Program-made: the position numbers and the translations under genes
The notes under the pieces: model-generated
Told to the model about the DNA's origin: nothing
Seen by the model: the letters and a program-made list of their open reading frames with translations, nothing else
Databases searched by the model: none
From: Candidatus Aenigmatarchaeota archaeon
GTDB lineage: Archaea; Aenigmatarchaeota; Aenigmatarchaeia; CG10238-14; SCSR01
Direction of reading: 5' to 3'
Length of the DNA stretch: 21,089 bases
Assembly: GCA_039000165.1 (NCBI GenBank)
Contig: JAWBTW010000003.1
Span: 1-21,089, forward strand
Shown here: one piece after another, positions 16,568 to 21,089 of the stretch
How positions within the stretch are numbered: position 1 is the first letter of the stretch
How the letters are laid out: each line of letters starts with the position of its first letter

Positions 16568-18445
16568 GTGAACGAAATGGAAATTCTGGAAAAAGTTAAG
16601 AATATCCTGCCGAAAGAAGCGATAAGTAAGATAGAGTTAGAAGGTTCAGAAATAATAGTTTACACTAAGGATAAGAATTTTTTTGTAGAACATGAAGAAG
16701 TGGTTAAGAAAGCTGTAGAAGAGCTTAAGAAAAGGATTGAAGTCAGAGCTGACAATAGTTTGTGTCTAGACCAAGAGTATGTGAAAGAAAAGATAATGGA
16801 AATTGTTCCGAAAGAAGCGAACATAAAAAACATTTATTTTGAGCCTGAGCGTAGCATAGTAATAATTTCAGCGGAAAAGCCTGGTCTGGTTATAGGAAAG
16901 GGAGGAGAAACTTTTAAACAGATTAGAAAGGAAACTTTCTGGGTTCCGAGAATTGAAAGAGTCCCGCCAATAAAATCTGAAATCATCGAAGGAATAAGAA
17001 AGGTTATTCATACTGAAGTTAAATTTAGAAAAGAATTTCTGAACAAAATAGGCGAACAAATATTTTCGGAAAGAAAAACGAACAGAGACTGGATAAGAGT
17101 TATAGGCTTAGGCTCGTGTAGAGAAGTTGGAAGGAGTTGTTTTTTAGTAGAAACGCCAAAATCGAAAGTTTTAATCGATTGTGGAATTAATGTAGGTGGA
17201 ACCAACTCAAACGTTTTCCCCTATTTTCAAACAAAAGAATTTGACTATACCGAACTAGATGCTATAATAGTTTCTCATGCCCATCTTGACCATTTAGGTT
17301 GTGTACCGATGCTTTATGAACATGGTTATGATGGACCTTTATACCTAACTACTCCAACCATAGATTTAGCAACTCTCCTTTGGCTTGATTACATTGATGT
17401 CATGCAAAAAAACGCAACCAATCCTCTGTTTACAGCAAGGGGGGTAAAGGAAGCGGTAAAGCATAGTATTCCCTTAGAATATGGTGAAGTCTCTGACGTA
17501 GCTCCTGACGTAAGACTTACTTTTCAGAATGCAGGTCATGTTCTAGGTTCAGCTTTAATTCATTTGCATATTGGTGAAGGTTTACATAACATTGTTTATG
17601 CTTGTGATATGAAGTTTGGTAAAACTCCTTTACTTGAACCTGCTTTTACAAATTTCCAGAGAGTTGAAACTCTAATAATAGAAAGTACTTATGGTGGTGT
17701 AAACGACATAATGCCTCCTCGTGACGAAGCAGAGAAGCAACTTGTTGAAGTAATTAACAAAACTATGGAAAGAAACGGTATAGCTCTGATTCCAAGTTTC
17801 GCAGTTGAAAGAGCTCAAGATGTCATGGCTATACTTGCTGAAACCAATTTTCAATATCCTGTTTTTATTGATGGGATGATTTGGGATGCTACTGGAATTT
17901 ATACTGCTTATCCCGAGTATATGTCAAGACAAGTACAAAGAAAAATTTTTAGCGGAAAAGATCCTTTCGTTAGCGATATTTTTAAAAGAGTAGCTTCCCC
18001 TCAAGAAAGGGAAAAGGTTTTAGAGCAAAGGCCTTGTGTTATAATTTCAACATCTGGCATGCTGGTTGGTGGACCAGCAATAAACTACTTGCAAAACTTG
18101 GCAGAAGACCCAAGAAATACTTTAATATTTGTTGGTTATCAAGGTGAAGGAACCTTAGGAAGAAGAATTCAGAAAGGATGGAAAGAAATTCCCATGAAAC
18201 TGGAAAACGGAAAAACCACAACAATTAACTTACAAATGGAAGTTCAGACTATAGATGGGTTATCAGGACATTCTGACAGAAATCAGCTATTGAGTTTTAT
18301 TCATAGGTTAGCTGCCAAGCCTGATAAAGTGATAATTGCCCATGGTGAAAATCAAAAAGCTTTGGAATTGGCCAGAAGCATTCATAAATTGTTTAGAGTA
18401 GAAACTGTTGCTCCTAGAAACTTGGAAGCAATAAGATTAAAATAA
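16568..18445 (+). CDS. fttA: aCPSF1/FttA: KH-domain beta-CASP ribonuclease, archaeal transcription termination factor
   Basis: KH region (EKPGLVIGKGG), REVGRSC, SHAHLDH, AGHVLGS, ESTYG, SGHSD, HGE and C-terminal PRNLEAIRL. Adjacency to psmB is a known conserved archaeal arrangement. The start may be ATG 16577. Confidence 0.96.
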   Translation: MNEMEILEKVKNILPKEAISKIELEGSEIIVYTKDKNFFVEHEEVVKKAVEELKKRIEVRADNSLCLDQEYVKEKIMEIVPKEANIKNIYFEPERSIVIISAEKPGLVIGKGGETFKQIRKETFWVPRIERVPPIKSEIIEGIRKVIHTEVKFRKEFLNKIGEQIFSERKTNRDWIRVIGLGSCREVGRSCFLVETPKSKVLIDCGINVGGTNSNVFPYFQTKEFDYTELDAIIVSHAHLDHLGCVPMLYEHGYDGPLYLTTPTIDLATLLWLDYIDVMQKNATNPLFTARGVKEAVKHSIPLEYGEVSDVAPDVRLTFQNAGHVLGSALIHLHIGEGLHNIVYACDMKFGKTPLLEPAFTNFQRVETLIIESTYGGVNDIMPPRDEAEKQLVEVINKTMERNGIALIPSFAVERAQDVMAILAETNFQYPVFIDGMIWDATGIYTAYPEYMSRQVQRKIFSGKDPFVSDIFKRVASPQEREKVLEQRPCVIISTSGMLVGGPAINYLQNLAEDPRNTLIFVGYQGEGTLGRRIQKGWKEIPMKLENGKTTTINLQMEVQTIDGLSGHSDRNQLLSFIHRLAAKPDKVIIAHGENQKALELARSIHKLFRVETVAPRNLEAIRLK

Positions 18446-18583
18446 ATCTAACAACACAAAAAAGATTTCCATCTTTACAAACATCCATGAAACTTGACTA
18501 TGCTTCTAGTAATAATCGTCATAACCTTTTACTGGTATAATTACGGTTAAGCTTGCTCAACAGAAATACAAGATGTCTTTTCT

Positions 18584-18598
18584 TAAAATATATTTAGA
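18584..18598 (+). promoter_or_regulatory. Probable promoter core upstream of ATG 18621
   Basis: TAAAATATATTT (18584-18595) is identical to 9055-9066 and sits at a similar distance from the next + strand ATG (37 vs 39 nt). Confidence 0.45.
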
Positions 18599-18620
18599 AA
18601 TTCCAAACCTAAATATAAAT

Positions 18621-19217
18621 ATGAGAAAAGCTTTACTTTTACCTGTAATTTTTCTTTTGACGATATCAGGTTTAATTTTATATCTACACTATCAAACAAA
18701 AATAGAAGAGCAATTGATAAAAGAGTGTATGGTCATAGCACAAGAAGATAGAAAGGCATGTTTTCCAGGTTCTAGACCTTTCATCATTTGCAAAATTAAC
18801 GACAGCCAGATTATTAAAACAGAAAATTTGAGTGATATCAAATGTGGTGAAACTATAATGTATACAGTTAATTTAAACTTAGCATCAAAATTACCCGAAA
18901 AATTTTATGCTTGCGCCTTGTATGATAAGTTGTTGAATGTAACGGAATGGCGTTGCATAGAACAGGTTCCATTTCCTGGTATGGCGAAAACATCTCATAT
19001 AAACGGAAAAGTTTTGACTTGCCTTCATGTGCTTGAATCTAACTCAACCTCAATTATGTTTTTCTATAAGGGTGTTGTTCCAAACGTAACCAAAATAAAT
19101 TTATTAGAATTTTATATTTTCCCTCCTGATATTCCAGAAATCTCACAAAAATATTTTGAAAATAACCTTGATTTTGGAAAAAAAGTTTACGAGTTATACG
19201 GTAATGTAGTATGTTAA
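18621..19217 (+). CDS. Membrane-anchored or secreted protein with 8 Cys (198 aa from the likely start)
   Basis: The ORF track starts it at 18573, but MRKALLLPVIFLLTISGLILYL at 18621 is a typical basic-plus-hydrophobic N-terminus with a promoter-like element upstream. Several sequons are present. Confidence 0.75.
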   Translation: MRKALLLPVIFLLTISGLILYLHYQTKIEEQLIKECMVIAQEDRKACFPGSRPFIICKINDSQIIKTENLSDIKCGETIMYTVNLNLASKLPEKFYACALYDKLLNVTEWRCIEQVPFPGMAKTSHINGKVLTCLHVLESNSTSIMFFYKGVVPNVTKINLLEFYIFPPDIPEISQKYFENNLDFGKKVYELYGNVVC

Positions 19218-21088
19218 GAAAAAAAATAAAATTTTTGATTTTTTTCTCGTTTTTACTTTTTTTAGTAATTTTTTTAAGTATTTCGAAGGGGAACCTCTAC
19301 TCTGAAACTGGTTGCTACAAAAGTGGTGACAAGAGAACTTATGACTGCTGGACAAGTTTGTCCATTAGAAATCCTTGTACCGAATTTTGTGCCTACGATG
19401 GTCCAAGCGGGTGGGATGCAAAATCTTGTTGGATTAAAATTTGTATAGAGTCTGGTATAGAGCCAATGCCGGAATGTTGTAATTATATCGAAGGATGCTC
19501 TCCATGCTGTATAAAGGGACAGTTTGGTGCGGAATGTGAAGTAGATGCAGATTGCCCAACTGATGGCTGGTATTGCTCTGGTTCAGTAAAGGAATACAGA
19601 GACTATTATTGTGGTAGCGTCTCAGGAAATTGTGAGTGTAAATATTCTACAAGCTCAAGAGAAGATTGCTCTGCAAAATCTTCGTATAATACTGGTGATG
19701 TAGGTGATCAACCTACTGTTCCTGGAGGATGTTATGACTATACTGGTTGCTCTGCTGGTAATTGTATAGGCTCTCAACTAAATGAATACTGCTCAGGGAA
19801 TTCTGTTTATGAGTATTATGCAAATGGTGCTTCTTGTTCAGGTTACTGGAAAAACTGTGAAGATTACGAAAGCTTATATTGTAATTCAGGAGATGGTGAT
19901 ATTTACAGAAATGAATGGCAATGCTCAGGTTATCCAGGATATTGTAATGATGGAGCTCCAGATACAAAAATATACGATTGTTCGAATAATTGCTCAGACT
20001 CAGATGGAGGAAGGTCATACTTTATTCGAGGAACTGTTACAGACAATAATTTATGCTCTTCTGGACAAACTTCTTGCTCAGTAATAACAAAAACAGATGA
20101 ATGTAGAAGTTCAACTGTTCTGAGAGAATATTTTTGCTCTGGAAATGATTACTCTTATGAAGATAAGGATTGTACTACCTTAGGTTCTGGATATACATGC
20201 TCTAACGGAAAATGTGTAGAAACTATTCCTCCTACTACAACCATAACTCCTAATGGCCATGCTTGGACTAATCAAGATGTAAGCTTTACTTTAACTTGCA
20301 CCGATACTGGTTCAGGCTGTGCAAATACTTACTATAAAATTATAAATGACGGTGAATCTTGCGGAACAGGATTTTCAACAGGAACTTCAGGAATCGTTAC
20401 TTGTCCTTCAAACTCAGTTTGTAAAAAAAGAGTTTGTTATTATAGTATAGATAATAGTGATAATGTAGAGAGCATCAAGGTAAGCAATATTTTCTACATA
20501 GATAAAGAACCTCCAAGCACACCTTTACCTTCAGTTTCACCTTCAGGCTGGACAAATGTAAACTCATTTAACTTCAGTTGGTCTGTACCTAGCGATGGAT
20601 CCGGTTCAGGAATTTCAGGTTATTACTGGCACACTAATAATAACCCAGATGCTTGGACCACTTCAACATCATTACCTCAAGGAAGTTATGCCTATCAAGA
20701 AGGAGTAAATGTTTTCTACATAAAAGCAAAAGATATAGCTGGAAATGAAGGTCCTTACGGAAGTGTTAATTATTATTATGACAGCGTTCCGCCAACTTTA
20801 ATAAAATCTCATTCACCTTTCAGACCAATAACAAATCAGCAAGTTTTATTTGAAGCAAACGCAAGCGACTCTTCTTCAGGATTATCTTGGATAAAAATTT
20901 ATGTCGATGGACAAGAGGTAAAGACTTGCACTTACTCTGGAGAAAAAACTCCTCAAACTTGCAGATATATTGGTGGGCCGTATTCTTATGGCTTACATAC
21001 TTACTATGCTGAAGCAAAAGATATAGCTGGAAACTACATAAGAATACCAGCTACAGAAACAAATACTTTTGATGTCACAGCCTGTGGT
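19211..21088 (+). CDS. Large secreted Cys-rich surface protein with Ig-like repeats, 3'-truncated (absent from the ORF track)
   Basis: Manual translation from ATG 19211 is open to the window end (626 codons). Signal peptide MLRKKIKFLIFFSFLLFLVIFLSISKG, Cys/Gly/Tyr/Ser-rich region (CEVDADCP, CSDSDGG, DECRSSTVLREYFC, CSNGKC), then three Ig-like units starting ETIPP, DKEPP and DSVPP. Confidence 0.9.
   Translation, partial: MLRKKIKFLIFFSFLLFLVIFLSISKGNLYSETGCYKSGDKRTYDCWTSLSIRNPCTEFCAYDGPSGWDAKSCWIKICIESGIEPMPECCNYIEGCSPCCIKGQFGAECEVDADCPTDGWYCSGSVKEYRDYYCGSVSGNCECKYSTSSREDCSAKSSYNTGDVGDQPTVPGGCYDYTGCSAGNCIGSQLNEYCSGNSVYEYYANGASCSGYWKNCEDYESLYCNSGDGDIYRNEWQCSGYPGYCNDGAPDTKIYDCSNNCSDSDGGRSYFIRGTVTDNNLCSSGQTSCSVITKTDECRSSTVLREYFCSGNDYSYEDKDCTTLGSGYTCSNGKCVETIPPTTTITPNGHAWTNQDVSFTLTCTDTGSGCANTYYKIINDGESCGTGFSTGTSGIVTCPSNSVCKKRVCYYSIDNSDNVESIKVSNIFYIDKEPPSTPLPSVSPSGWTNVNSFNFSWSVPSDGSGSGISGYYWHTNNNPDAWTTSTSLPQGSYAYQEGVNVFYIKAKDIAGNEGPYGSVNYYYDSVPPTLIKSHSPFRPITNQQVLFEANASDSSSGLSWIKIYVDGQEVKTCTYSGEKTPQTCRYIGGPYSYGLHTYYAEAKDIAGNYIRIPATETNTFDVTACG
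20724..21033 (+). repeat. 22-bp exact direct repeat inside the Ig-like units
   Basis: AAGCAAAAGATATAGCTGGAAA at 20724-20745 and 21012-21033, both encoding AKDIAGN. Confidence 0.9.
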
Positions 21089-21089
21089 A

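Noticed and set aside
3250..18224. Other short ORFs nested in or antisense to infB, herA, mre11, proS, psmB, fttA and the membrane genes
   Set aside because: They lie within well-supported genes and have no recognisable motifs.
18480..18530. C/D-box sRNA suggested by ATGACGA on the minus strand
   Set aside because: No downstream CTGA D box at a suitable distance.
18573..18620. Track start at ATG 18573
   Set aside because: The extension covers a promoter-like AT element, and ATG 18621 gives a canonical signal/anchor N-terminus.
19713..21017. ORF-track entries 19713..20018 (-), 19782..20084 (+) and 20820..21017 (-)
   Set aside because: Off-frame or antisense to the long frame starting at 19211, which gives a coherent protein.
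18446..21089. Diversity-generating retroelement or CRISPR array near the surface genes
   Set aside because: No reverse transcriptase, no template/variable repeat pair and no regularly spaced repeats were seen.

Overview
AT-rich, very tightly packed archaeal chromosomal region. The archaeal-type aIF5B, ProRS, proteasome beta and aCPSF1/FttA genes, GGTGA-type Shine-Dalgarno sites, BRE/TATA-like promoters and Cys-rich surface proteins suggest a DPANN lineage (inference only). Housekeeping core: aIF5B/IF2, rhomboid protease, MJ0037/SbcD-related metallophosphoesterase, HerA, Rad50, Mre11, ProRS, proteasome beta and aCPSF1/FttA. Both edges carry large surface proteins truncated by the window. The left one is densely covered in N-glycosylation sequons and its frame is open back to base 3. 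The right one (19211 to the end, at least 626 aa) is Cys-rich with Ig-like repeats and is missing from the supplied ORF track. Main points of interest: (1) a rearranged double-strand-break-repair locus where herA converges on mre11-rad50, no nurA is present in the window, and a second metallophosphoesterase shares a 55-bp divergent promoter with herA; (2) the unannotated Cys-rich giant; (3) all four convergent gene pairs overlap at their 3' ends; (4) a perfect 12-bp inverted repeat in the rhomboid divergent promoter. No tRNA, rRNA, CRISPR array, transposase, integrase or reverse transcriptase was recognised. I cannot demonstrate a wholly new system, and the findings are hypotheses.
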